64,000 nucleotides of DNA from Alphaproteobacteria bacterium (GTDB lineage Bacteria > Pseudomonadota > Alphaproteobacteria > MPNO01 > UBA830), in contig OZ219790.1 in assembly GCA_964291215.2 (NCBI GenBank), positions 192,001 through 256,000 on the forward strand, in the 5' to 3' direction. The notes beneath the pieces are model-generated. The model did not search any database and had not been told where the DNA came from. It saw only the letters and a list, made by a program, of their open reading frames with translations. The position numbers were made by a program, and so were the translations under genes. The number at the start of each line of letters is the position of its first letter. Within the stretch, counting starts at the first letter, position 1. This document shows positions 47,306-58,710 of the stretch, piece by piece.

Positions 47306-48271
47306 ATGATCAGAACCGCAACCATCGCGGCAGCCGCAGCAGCAGCGCTGCTGACAACGACATCGGCCCGGGCGGCGGATGATGTCACCCTCCGCCTTGA
47401 TTGGGTGCTCGGCGGCTACCACGCCGTCTGGCACTATGCCAAGGCCAAGGGTGTGTTCGCGAAGAACGGCATCAATATCACGCTCAGCGAGGGCCGCGGC
47501 TCGATGACGACATCGCAGACCGTCGGCAACCAGTCTGACGAATTTGGCACCGCGGACGGCGGCGCCATGATGGTGCTCCGATCCAAGGGCCTCAAGACCA
47601 AGATGGTTGCCGGCTACCTGCGCACCGGCCCGAGCGCCCTGATCTTCCCCAAGTCCAAGGGCTGGAAGAGCTGGAAGGACGTGAACAACGCAAAGATCGC
47701 CGATTCGGCGGGCGGCAGCACGATCTACCTGTTCAAGGCGGTCGAGAAGGCGGTCGGCATCGGCGGCAACAAGATCATTCTCGTAGCACCGCCCGCCAAG
47801 GTCAGCTCCGTACTTTCGGGCAAGGTCGACGGCACCAACTCCTTTGGCTTCCTGCAGGTGCCAATCATGGAATCAAAGGGTACCCCTGCGGCCTATCTGA
47901 GCTTCGCCGACGCTGGAATCAATGTTCCGGGCCTCGCGCTGATCACGCACGAAAACATGATCCGCGACAAGAAGGATCTCGTCGGCCGCATGGTCGCCTC
48001 GACCCAGGAAGCGCTCAGGATCGTGCAAGAGGATCCGGAAGGCGCGATCGACGCGCTCCGGAAGGTCAAGCCGACCCTCGACCGCAAGATTCACCTCGCG
48101 ATCCTGAAGTCCTCATTCGCGCTCTATCACAGCAAGGCGAGCGCCGGAAAACCGCTGGGCTGGATACCGCCGGCCGACATCGAAACGGCACAGAACCTGC
48201 TGGTCGAGTACGAGCAGATCAAGGCCAAGGCGCCCGTCGGGGACTACTTCACGAACGCCTTCATCCGTTGA
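47306..48271 (+). CDS. NMT1/THI5-like ABC substrate-binding protein
   Basis: Signal peptide, VTLRLDW, EGRGS, YFTNAF. Confidence 0.88.
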   Translation: MIRTATIAAAAAAALLTTTSARAADDVTLRLDWVLGGYHAVWHYAKAKGVFAKNGINITLSEGRGSMTTSQTVGNQSDEFGTADGGAMMVLRSKGLKTKMVAGYLRTGPSALIFPKSKGWKSWKDVNNAKIADSAGGSTIYLFKAVEKAVGIGGNKIILVAPPAKVSSVLSGKVDGTNSFGFLQVPIMESKGTPAAYLSFADAGINVPGLALITHENMIRDKKDLVGRMVASTQEALRIVQEDPEGAIDALRKVKPTLDRKIHLAILKSSFALYHSKASAGKPLGWIPPADIETAQNLLVEYEQIKAKAPVGDYFTNAFIR

Positions 48272-48282
48272 AGCCCGCCGCC

Positions 48283-48813
48283 ATGGCGACGAGCGTCGCG
48301 CGGCATCCGAGACCGCCCGAATTCGAGGGTATGCCGGTCGAGGAGATTGCCGACCGTCAGATTGCGCACTTCAAGGACCGCAAGCCCGACTGGGCAGCTT
48401 TTGCCGACGCGCTGATCGACGGCTACCGGCGCGCGCAGCACAGGTTCATCGGCAACACCAGCGGCAAGCGCGACGACGGCGTGATCGCCGCCGCCGCGTT
48501 CACGCTGAGCATCATGTACGTGCCGCCCGGTGAGGGTAACGCACCGCACACCCATGAGGCCGAGGAAGTGTTCTTCGTTCTTCAAGGGCACCTGACGGTG
48601 TTCTTCGAAGACGAGGACGGGTGCCGCGTCGAGCGCCATCTCGGCCCGTGGGATTGCGTGTCATGCCCGGCCGGTGTGATCCACGGCTACAGCAACGACA
48701 GCGTGGAGCCGGTCTACATGCAGGTCATGCTCGGCACCGGGCAGAAGCCGGACCTGATGGGGTACGCGGAAGAAGGGCTCTACCGCAAGCGCGACGCTCA
48801 CCTGAAGGGATAG
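48283..48813 (+). CDS. cupin-domain protein
   Basis: HTHEAEEVFFVLQG, PAGVIHG. Confidence 0.85.
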   Translation: MATSVARHPRPPEFEGMPVEEIADRQIAHFKDRKPDWAAFADALIDGYRRAQHRFIGNTSGKRDDGVIAAAAFTLSIMYVPPGEGNAPHTHEAEEVFFVLQGHLTVFFEDEDGCRVERHLGPWDCVSCPAGVIHGYSNDSVEPVYMQVMLGTGQKPDLMGYAEEGLYRKRDAHLKG

Positions 48814-48838
48814 TAGCGGCCAGCAGCCGGCGAAGCAT

Positions 48839-49627
48839 TCAGTTGAAGCTCAGCCCGCCATCGGGCTCGAAGATCTGGCCGGTGATATAGCGCGCCTCTT
48901 CGGAGCAGAGGAAGAGCATCGGCTTGGCCAGATCCTCGATCGTGGTCAGCCGCGGCAGGCACTGCTGCTTGCGGAACATTTCGAAGACCTCGTCGGGTGC
49001 CGACGGCCTCGGCACCTCGGTCCTGATGATTCCAGGCCAGAACGTGTTGACTGTGATGTTCCAGGGGCCGAGTTCGCGCGCCATCGAGCGCGTCATTCCG
49101 ATCATGGCTGATTTCGACGTGATGTAGTGGAGGTAGTTGGCGGAGCCGAGCGCGACCGTTCCCGAGGTCACGTTGACAATACGGCCGTGGTTGTTGTCCT
49201 GCATTGCCGGCACCACGGCGCGCGCGCAGTAGAAGGCGCCGGTAACGTTCACCCGCATGGCCCGGTCCCACTCGTCGAGCGGCAATTCCCAGAAGGGCGC
49301 CATCGTGATACGCGAGAACAGCGCGGCGTTGTTGATCAGCACGTCGATCCGCCCGGCTGCAGAAAGCGCTGCGTCGACCATTGCGGCCACCGACGACATG
49401 TCCGAGACGTCGGTCTCGAACGCGTGGGCTTTGCCGCCGGCGTCTTCGATCGCCTGCCTGACGGCATGGCCTTTCGCGCCGTCGATCTCGGCGATGACCG
49501 GGATTGCCCCCTGTGCGGCGAAGTGATGGGCGTAGCCGCGGCCTATGCCCTGCCCGGCCCCGGTAATCACCACTACCCGGTCCCTGAGGCTGTCGTAGCG
49601 AGCAGTAACGGTTACATTCTGCATCAT
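48839..49627 (-). CDS. short-chain dehydrogenase/reductase
   Basis: TGAGQGIG, NNAA, YITSK. Confidence 0.93.
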   Translation of the reverse strand: MMQNVTVTARYDSLRDRVVVITGAGQGIGRGYAHHFAAQGAIPVIAEIDGAKGHAVRQAIEDAGGKAHAFETDVSDMSSVAAMVDAALSAAGRIDVLINNAALFSRITMAPFWELPLDEWDRAMRVNVTGAFYCARAVVPAMQDNNHGRIVNVTSGTVALGSANYLHYITSKSAMIGMTRSMARELGPWNITVNTFWPGIIRTEVPRPSAPDEVFEMFRKQQCLPRLTTIEDLAKPMLFLCSEEARYITGQIFEPDGGLSFN

Positions 49628-49764
49628 CGTTCCTCACCCCTTGCGTATCGCACCGGCACACGGCAACCCGCGAGTCCGAAGACGACCTAATCCGCTCGCC
49701 TCGCAATGTGCGAGGCGAGCGGATAGGGTACCAGCCCCATCGCAGAAAAACAGGATCCCGAGCC

Positions 49765-50740
49765 ATGGCACCGGACACGGGCACCAGCTATCCCTAGATT
49801 GGCGGCAGGGTAGACGAACTTACCGAAGCCCGCGTGGCAGACCTTCGTTCGCCGTGGAACGGCGAACTCGTGGCGCGAGTTGCCATGGCAGACACCGCAA
49901 CCATCGACTGCGCCGTCAAGACCGCGCACGCTGCCTTCACGGCGAAACTCGACGCCACCGCCGCCCGACGAGCGGACTGGCTCCGTGCCGCAGCCGACGA
50001 ACTCGCGGGCGCGAAGGACGAGATCGCCGACATCACCATGCGCACGCTCGGCAAGCCGCGCCGTGCCTGCGGCTTCGAGGTCTCAAGATCGGTCGCGTTT
50101 CCGCGGCTGTGCGCGGAAGAACTGCTGCGCATGGACGGCGAGGTCCTGGCGCTCGATGCACTGCCGATGGGCGCCGGGCGATTCGGTTTCACGCGGCGTC
50201 ATCCACACGGCGTCATCGCCGCCTTCACGCCCTTCAACGCGCCCTCGAACCTCCTGATGCAGAAGCTCGCACCGGCAATCGCGATGGGCAACGCGGTGAT
50301 CATCAAGCCGGCCTTTGAGGGCGTGGGCGAAGCGCTCCTCATAGCCGAGTGCTTCAGCCGGGCCCGCGTGCCGGACGGGCTTGTCAACGTCGTTTCCTGC
50401 CGGCGCGACGTTACCGGCCACCTTGTAGCGCACCCCGATGTCGCACTGGTAACGCTCACGGGCGGGACCGCGGCCGGCCACGCGCTCGCCCGCGCCGCCG
50501 GCGCCAAGCCCTTTGTCGGCAAACTCGGCGGCAACTCGGCGAACATAGTCTGCGCTGACGCAGACCTCGAGGATGCTACGAAACGCATTGTGCCGTCGGC
50601 CTTCGAGGCAAGCGGACAGCAATGCATCTCGGCGCAACGCGTGATCGTGGAACGGACAGCGCTCGACGAATTTCTGGGCCATTTCGTCGCCGCGGCGAAG
50701 GCGCTCAGGGTCGGCGACCCGACCCTGCCCGAAACTGACC
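49765..50740 (+). pseudogene. aldehyde dehydrogenase, inactivated and truncated
   Basis: TPFNAP, GQQCIS; in-frame TAG at codon 11, KLGGN in place of ELGGN, cut by IS630 at 50741. Confidence 0.88.
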
Positions 50741-51960
50741 TAGTAGTCCACCGGCATTGTATTGATGGTTTTTTGTGGGTAGTATTTTCGTGTCGGCGTT
50801 CGTTGGAATCTGGACAGTGCCGATATCCACACGGGCAAGATGCCGAACAGGCAGGCAGCGCCATGCGCAGGTCCGGACAACGGGAGCGGCGCAATGACAG
50901 GAGCAGCGCATATGACCAACTCTCTGGGCAGGAAGCTCTACCGCGTGACCCTTTCAGCGCAGGAGCGCCGGGATCTGAAGGCAATCGTCGACGGCACCGG
51001 GGCTGCCTGGCGCCGGGCACAGGTCCTGATGCTGAGGGGGCGCTTGTCGATGCCGACATTGCGCAAGGGCTGGGCATCGGCACGGCGACGGTCGAACGCT
51101 TGCGCAAGCGCTGCGTCCTGGAGGGGCTGGAGGCCGCCCTCAGCCGCAAGGAGCAGGTGAACCGTCGGCCAAAACGGGGGCGATGGAGGCGAAGCTGGTC
51201 GCCCTGTTCGTCCCCGCCCGAGGGCTGTGCCCGCTGCTCGTCGGCCGTCTGGTGGAGATCGTCGAGCGCATTTCGGAAGAGACGGTCAGGAAGACGCTCA
51301 AAAAAAAAGAGATCAAGCCGTGGCTGAAGCAGTACTGGTGCATTCCACCGCACCGGAGCGCACAGTTCGTGGCGGTGGATGTGCTTGACATTTATCAGCG
51401 GGACTTTGCCAGGGACGAGGTGCTGAGACCAGCCGGCAGCAGACGAAGGAGACCCGCATCCCCCGGTCAGCCGGAGGTGGTCGACTATGAATATGAGCGC
51501 AACGGCACGGCCAAGCTCTTCCTGGCCTTTGCGCCCAACGAAAACTGGCGCACGGTGAAAGTCACCGACCGCCGCGGGACTGGGCACACTTCATCCGGGA
51601 GCTTGCCGACATCCATTTCCCCGACAGGAAGATCGTGCTGGACAATCTGAACACGCACAATCCCTCATCGCTGTATGAAGCCTTCGAGCCCGAGGAGGCG
51701 GGTGCGAAAGCGGTTCGAGTTTCGCTACACGCCGAAGCACGGGATCTGGCTCAACATGGCCGAAATCGAGATCGGTGCGCTGTCGCGGCAGTGTCTTCGA
51801 CGACGCATTCCCGACCGTGACACCATGCTGCGGGAGACGGCAGCATGGGTGGAACGGCGCAATGCGACCAATGTCACTGTCGACTGGCGTTTCACGACGA
51901 AGGATGCCCGGACGAAACTGAAGTCACTATATCCGGCAATTCAATAATGTTAGACTACTA
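50741..51960 (+). mobile_element. IS630-family element, degenerate
   Basis: Ends TAGTAGTC / GACTACTA; DYEYERNGT, LDNLNTH, WLNMAEIE. Confidence 0.85.
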
Positions 51961-52789
51961 GGCTGTGTACCCAAATGTTGACATTTTGCATGATCTGCCT
52001 TATTCCTGCTGAAAGCGATTCACAAGGAGAGTGAAGGATGAGCGGCGACCGACACGACATGAGCGACGCGGAGTAGGAGGTTCTCCGCTCGGTGCTTCCT
52101 GACAAGCACCAGGGCCCGGAGCGGGTGCATGTGACCGGAGGAACGGGATATTCTTCGTGCTTCGCACCGATACGCCGTGGCGCGACCTGCGCTACGGTCC
52201 GTCTGCTTCAACCGGTGGAGCAAGAACGGCACCTGGGCGTCGATCATGGAGAAGCTTCAAAGGCTCACGCGCGGCGATGACGGGAGTGACGATGGCAAGC
52301 TCGGCTCGGTTCATCTGCGCATGGTGGACTCATCGTCGGTGCGCGTTCACAAGCACGGTGCTAGGGTGTCCCGGGACGACGGGCCTTCACAGATCGGACT
52401 GAGCCGTGGCGGACGAACGACGAAGATCCATCTTGGCGAGAACGAGAGGGTGAAGACCGTGTTCCTGACCCCGGGCCAAGCGGCCGACTGCGCGCAGGCG
52501 TTTCTCGCCGACCTCGGGCGAGACGGTGGTCGGCGACAAGGCCTACGACACCGACGCCATCTGATCGAGACGGCAGGAGCAACCGCGGTCATGAAATCCA
52601 ACCGGACATCGCCACGGCCGCTCGACCGCGAGATCTACAGGATGCGCAACCTGGTCGAGCGGTTCTTCGGCAAGATCAAAGAGTTCCGACGGACCCGTTA
52701 TGACAAGGAACTTCCTCTCCGCCGTGCAACTGGCTGCCAGCCGATTCTTGCTCCGCAGAATCGCAAACCAATTATTTGAGTCCACAGCC
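51961..52789 (+). mobile_element. IS5-family (IS427-like) element, degenerate
   Basis: Ends GGCTGTGTACCCAAAT and (revcomp) GGCTGTGGACTCAAAT; TA flanks; SRGGRTTKIH, RNLVERFF. Confidence 0.85.
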
Positions 52790-52807
52790 TAACAGGGCAA
52801 TTTAGAC

Positions 52808-53113
52808 ATGAATGCACAGTTGGCTATCCCCAAGTCCGAACTGGCTAATTTCTGCCAAGAGAACGGCATCCGACGTCTGGCAATTTTCGGCTCGGCGTTA
52901 CGGGCAGACTTCGGCCCCGAGAGCGATATTGACTTACTGGTCGAGTTTGCACCAGGTCGCGCACCCGGCCTGTTGGGCATAGCCGGCATGGAGACCGAGT
53001 TGTCGTGTCTGTTCGGCGGCCGCAAGGTGGACCTGAGAACTCCGGAAGATCTCAGCCGGTATTTCCGCCAGGAAGTCCTCGACACGGCGGAAGTCCAATA
53101 TGCGCAAGGATGA
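52808..53113 (+). CDS. minimal nucleotidyltransferase antitoxin (MntA-type)
   Basis: [17 protein letters not shown] (GSx10DxD), RKVDL. Confidence 0.9.
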   Translation: MNAQLAIPKSELANFCQENGIRRLAIFGSALRADFGPESDIDLLVEFAPGRAPGLLGIAGMETELSCLFGGRKVDLRTPEDLSRYFRQEVLDTAEVQYAQG

Positions 53114-53461
53114 CGAATCCGATTGCTGCACATGCTAGACGCCGCGCGAGAAGCGGTGTCCTTCGCTGAAGGGCAGACGCGCGGCGACCTCGACAATGAT
53201 CGCCAGCTGGTCCTTGCGCTGGTCAAAGATGTCGAGATCGTCGGCGAGGCAGCAGCCCAGGTTACCATGTCCACACGCCAACATTTTCCGGAAATACCGT
53301 GGGAGCAGATCGTCGGAATGCGTAATCGACTCGTTCATGCATATTTCGACATCAACCTCGATATCGTCTGGAGAACGGTACAGGGAGACTTGCCGGAACT
53401 GATCTCTCTGCTCGAACCGGTCATTCTGTTTGAGCGCGGCCCGACACCGGAATCGGATTAG
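53100..53461 (+). CDS. HEPN/DUF86 toxin (HepT-type); 1-nt frameshift near the start
   Basis: [21 protein letters not shown] (Rx4H); ATG 53100 is out of frame with the body, which is open from TTG 53123. Confidence 0.85.
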
Positions 53462-53534
53462 TAACGCGCGCGCCCATCGATTGTCTGATCGTCAATTCTT
53501 CCTACGAGGAGCCAATAAATAATATTATGTGAGG

Positions 53535-55044
53535 GTAACTGCTCACCCCCTGGTTCCGGCTTGATGTCGGGGTAGAGTAACGAACGGGTTTTCGTGGAGA
53601 TTTGACACTGCAGGCCGATTCGTTTAGTGGTGGTAATCGAGAACGACGGGGACCGCCAGTGGGCTACTTTGGATCGAAGGCGACGAGCGGGCTGTGCCAG
53701 CTGCTTCCGGGGCTCCAGCCCCCGCATGATCTGTATGTGGAAACGCATCTCGGAGGCGGCGCGCTGATGAAGCGCAAGGCCGGGTGATGGCGACGGGCGG
53801 CGCGCGAGGAGTTCGAAGCGGCCAAGACCGCGGCGCTGCCGGCAAGGTGGCGGAAGAGGCCGTCATCCGCGTCCTCGTCATCCTGCTCGACATCATCATC
53901 GTCGTCCTTCTGGAGAAGACCACGCACGAACCGGAACTCCGGTTTGCCGCCGTCACAGACGGACAAGAGCGTGCCGGGAGCAACGGCAAGGGCCCGAAGC
54001 CGAACCAGCATATGGGCGACAACCTGCGCAAGACCATCGTCGAGGAGACGGTCGCGGCCTGCGACGCCTGCGGCGCTGACGGCCCCGTCGATCGGGAGCG
54101 CCGCACGACATCGTGTTCGAGGTCGCGCCGCGCCGAGATCAAGGAATGCCCGAAGTGCAAGGGCCGGTTCCCCGACAACATCCCGTGCAGTACGGCATTC
54201 AGGCCCTCGTCATCAACCTGCTGGTCGCCCAGATGCTGTCCCTGCGCCGTGCCGTCGCGTTCGTGCAGGCGATCTCCGGCATCGAGCTCTCCGAGGCAAC
54301 CTGCCTCAGCTATGCTTTCACGATGCGTCATGGGAGGAGGCCGCCGTGGCGCACCTCCTGCAACGCCCGATGTCGACGATTTCGGATCAACAGTAAGTGG
54401 CTTCATGTCGTGGGACCCTGACGTGCAAGTTCCCGCACCGCAAGCGCGGGCAAGAGATCGGCCCGTGCTACAAGGGCGTCCTGGGCCACGACTGCTGGGC
54501 CTCGTACATGGGCCAGTGTAGCCACCAGCTGTGCGGCAGCCACCTGCTGCGCGAACTGACCTTTGTCGTCGAGGCTACCGCGCGACTGATGAAGAGCCTG
54601 CTCCCTGCCACAAGGTCAACAAGAGCGCATCCAAGACCCTGAACGACGCCGGGCGCAAGCGCTACCGCACTATCCTCACTCAGGGCGCCAGGGAACTGCC
54701 CGACATCCCGCCGCCGACGAAAGGAAAACGTGGACGCAAGTCCGACGCGCACAACCTGCACGAACGTCTCGTGAAACACGAAAACCTGCGCTTCATAGAC
54801 AACCCCGACGTCAGCTTCACCAACAATGCCGGAGAACAGAAGATCAGGATGGCAAAGCTCAAGGTGTCCGGATGCTTCCGCTCCACGCAAAAGCATGGTG
54901 CCGGGGCTCAAGCTACCTCACCTCCATGGCCGCACTTGGCTACAATCATCACGTCGCAACCCAGATCGCCCTCGACGGAAAAGCCGCAGACATCATCAAC
55001 GAGCACTACGACCAATCAGAACCCAACTAGGGGTGAGTAGATAC
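53535..55044 (+). mobile_element. IS66-family element copy 2 (degenerate) with MTase remnant 53659..53787
   Basis: Same 15-bp IRs; 8-bp TSD ATGTGAGG at 53527-53534 and 55045-55052. Confidence 0.92.
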
Positions 55045-55050
55045 ATGTGA

Positions 55051-57440
55051 GGTACTGTAACTTGATGTCTGGAAATTTGTCTGAGGTTTGCGCTTTGAGG
55101 CGTTTCACTGGGGGGGGGGGGGGCTAGCCCCCCAGTGAAACGCGGCGCCATCGTGCTATCCCATGGAGTTGGAAAACATTCATGGAGGAAGCGAATGGAC
55201 CTACGACACACTACTGTTATGTCAGCAATGATATGTCGTACATTTGGTGCTAGACTGTCCGTCCATTCGGGATGGAGGTCGAAGTATGAAACGCTACGTG
55301 GTGACCCTGGACGAACGGGCAGAACTTTCGGAGATCAAGGGCTCGCACCTGTCGCAAAAGGTAATCAACGCCCTGCTTAACTGCGACGAGGGCGCGTTCA
55401 ATGAATGCCAGATGACCGGGAAGGTCATTGCCGAGATTCTGCGCATCAGCATGCGCAAAGTAGACCGAGTGAAAAAGCGTTTCGTTGAAGAGGGGCTGGA
55501 GGCGGCATTGGGTGGCCGGCAAGGACGCCGTCCTACCTATATGCGAAAAGCCGACGGCGTCTTCGAGGCGCGCTTGGTGGCCCTGAGTTGTGGTGAACCG
55601 CCTGAGGGTTACGCGCAATGGTCGTTGCGGCTGCTGGCCGACCGCGTTGTCGAGCTTGGTTACATTGATACCGTGTCACACGAGACGGTGCGGCGTGTTC
55701 TAAAAAAACTGCCTCAAGCCATGGCAGCGGGTGGGTGATTCCTCCTCAAGGGAACGCCGACTTCGCCGCAGCGAAGGTGCTCGATCGCCGCCCCGCCGCC
55801 TTCCCCGTGGTCTGCATGGACGAAACGCCCCGACCGGCGAGACACGGCAACCGATCGCCATGGCGCCGGGACGGGCGTAACGACTACGAGTATCGACGTT
55901 GCGGTACCTGCAACGTCTTCATGGACCCCCTAGCCGGCAAGCGCATGACTAAGGTAACCGAGCGCAAGATCGACTGGGCGCAGTTCCAGGCCGACATCGC
56001 CGAGCGCTACCAAGATGCTACCACCATCCCCCTGGTGATGGACAATCTCAACACTCATCGGCTCGGCGCCTTCTACGAGGCCTACCCGCCGGACGAGGCC
56101 AAGGCCCTGTGGGACCGCTTCGAGTTCGTCTACACCCCCAAGCACGGCAGTTGGCTGAACGTGATCGAACTCAACGTCATGATCCGCCTGAACCGCCGCA
56201 TCGACCGAGGTGTTACGCCGGGAAGTTGCCGCTTGGCAGGCGACCGCATTCAGGCCAAGGTGGATTGGCAGTTCACCACCGACGATGCCCGCGTGAAACT
56301 CAAACGCCTTTATCCGACATTTTATGAATGACAAGACACTACGACGATCGGAACTGTTTTGGAACATCTGATCGCAAACGGAGCAACGGATCTGGGGCGG
56401 GTCTTTGGCCAGCTCTTCGAGCTTGCGATGCAAATCGAGCGCGAGCAGTACTTGAAAGCGGGCCACCGGACACCGGAGCGACAGGGCTATGCCAACGGCT
56501 ACAAGCGGATCGACACCCCCACTGTTGCCGTTCAGGTGCCAAACGGTCACGGGGACGATCCCCCCCCCCCCCAGTCGCTTGAACGCGGCCAGCGATCTTC
56601 TCGCGCCGTGGCCGTAGCCGAGATGTACATCAAGGGTGTTTCCACGCGGCAGGATGTAATGCGCGAGTTCGGGAGCCTGTCCTCTTCTCAGGTCAGCCGG
56701 GCCACCAGGGTGCTCGACGAAGAACTCGCCGCGCAACCGGCCCCTGATGAACTACCTGATCCTGGATGCGCGCTACGAAAAAGCCCGCCATGACGGCGTT
56801 GTGCGCGATGTTGCAGTGCTCTCGGCCATCGGAATAGGGGCTGCAGGCACGTTCTGGGGCTCTCTGTGGCGCTCTCCGAGGCCGAGGTCCATTGGAGAGC
56901 CTTCCTGGAAAGCTTGCTAGCCCTGCATGGTACGACCTTCATCGTCTCGGATGCCGGGCTGAAAGCGGCACGACGCGCGGTGCTGGGCGCGGCGACGTGG
57001 CAGCGCTGCCAGTTCCACTTGGCGCAAAACGCCGTGCACCGAACAACGACATCAGGAAACGTATTGGAAAACAGCTCGGAGCCACGCCTCCTCACTCCAA
57101 ACCGCCGAGGCTGAACTGGGCGCCCTCGTGGCCAGCGACAAGCATCCAGGCTTCCTGGCTGGAAAAGAATGCGCCCGAGGGGCTCGCTGTCTTCACCTTG
57201 CCCGATGCTCACCGCAAGCGTATGCGAACCTCGAACGGCATCGAGCGACCGATCCAGCAAGAACTCAAGCGGCGCACCTCCAAAGTCAGGGTCTTTCCGA
57301 ACCTCGCCTCGTTGGAGCGCCTCTCAACCGCGGTCCTCATCGACGAAAAATGGGAAACCGAAACCAAGGCATACATCAAATGGGAACAGCTCGATGACTG
57401 AGAGCTTCACGACAATTTCCAGACATCAGGTTGCGTAATC
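55051..57440 (+). mobile_element. IS256-family element (degenerate) interrupted by IS630
   Basis: Left end GGTACTGTAACTTGATGTCTGGAAAT, right end ATTTCCAGACATCAGGTTGCGTAATC; GYANGYK, EMYIKGVSTR; no TSD. Confidence 0.85.
55212..56341 (+). mobile_element. IS630-family element, copy of 8586-9706
   Basis: TA at both ends; MKRYVVTL.., YTPKHGSWLN. Confidence 0.88.
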
Positions 57441-58710
57441 GTCGAATGTCCTGCCCGCCCCGCGAGATCGCCTTGGCAAACCGTCCAAACTCGACGATTG
57501 TCCGGGTGAAGGGTGAGACCAAAGCGGCCTCTCCCGAACGTCGCGAAGGTATGTCTCCGCATCCTGCTGGAACCCGACCACAATATCGTCCGCGTAGCGG
57601 GCAATGATCGCTTGACCGTTCGGAACCTTCGGACGCCATGCCTTGTGGAACCACAGATCGAGCACATAGTGCAGAAGCACGTTCGCAGGGGCTGACAATG
57701 GCACCCTGAGGCGTACCCGCACCGGTGTCGCTCCATGACGCCAGCGTTCAGCCACTTGCGGATCAGCGCCCGCCTGTCGCGTTGCTCCAGGAACTTGATC
57801 AACCAATCCCCGTGTCGAAGTATGCCTGAATGTCCGCGTCGACTATCCAGTTGACCTTGCGCCCCTCGATCCCGAACGCCAGGGCGTCGAGAGCGTCCCT
57901 CGGCCCGGTCGGAACCCGTAGCCAAGGAACTCCACCTCATAAATCGGTGTCAGGATCACATCTACAACCGCCTTCTGAACGATCTTGTCCTCCAGTGCGA
58001 CAAGCGGTCCTGTCCCGCCTTGGGTATCTCAACCCACCGGCGGCGCCCGGTACGCTCCCCCACGATGCAGGCGCGAGTGCAGATCAAGCAAGCGCTCGTC
58101 CAGACCCTCGCCATACGCCGCCCACGTCACGCCGTCGACACCTGCCGAGGCTTCCTTCTTCAGACCGAACCAGGCCGCCCGGAGCGCATCCGGCGTGATG
58201 GAAGAGTGCACGTTCCTTCGGGTTCCTCTCTGCAGCCCCGGTCCGCCGCCTGTGGCACCCGACACTGCGTTCGGCGCGTGCTTTGGCGTCCCGAATTCCC
58301 CTTGGTCGAGGCCCTTTCCTCCAGCAACTCCGCAGAAGCTCCCTTGTTCGCCGCCTTCACAGGGCCCCTTCTTCAAACCGTTCCTCATAGGCTTCGGCTT
58401 TCTCCTTCCCTGCACGGTCCCGACAGGCGGGATAGTTCGAAGACCTCCCGGGGTCCCAGGCGTGCGGACAGGTTCTCTGACACCGCGGGGTTCATCTCAC
58501 CAAATCGATGCCTGCGAGGTTGCCTTCGACCGTTCCGAAGCCTCGGCACCCCGAACCATGAGCTTTTCGGTGCTCATTAGCCCTGCCCCCGCTACCGACG
58601 CTTCGCCTGCCCCCTCGCGGGAACCGACGCTCACGGAGAAACGCGGTTTGGTTACTCCTTCGTTCCAGGGGACTTTCACCCCCTACCTCCTGCCAGTTCG
58701 CTTGGCACAC
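57441..58710 (-). mobile_element. group II intron, 5' part (3' end missing beyond IS256)
   Basis: GTGTGCCAAG 5' end at 58710; AGVDGVTW, GTPQGAIVSP, LHYVLDLWF, RYADDIVVGF. Confidence 0.85.

Noticed and set aside
49834-51327. 497-aa ALDH fusion protein
   Set aside because: Sequence after 50740 is IS630 DNA read out of frame.
55101-55142. Poly-G phase-variation tract
   Set aside because: It is one arm of a hairpin (CGTTTCACTGGGG..CCCCCAGTGAAACG) within the IS256 left end; the excess Gs are probably homopolymer error.
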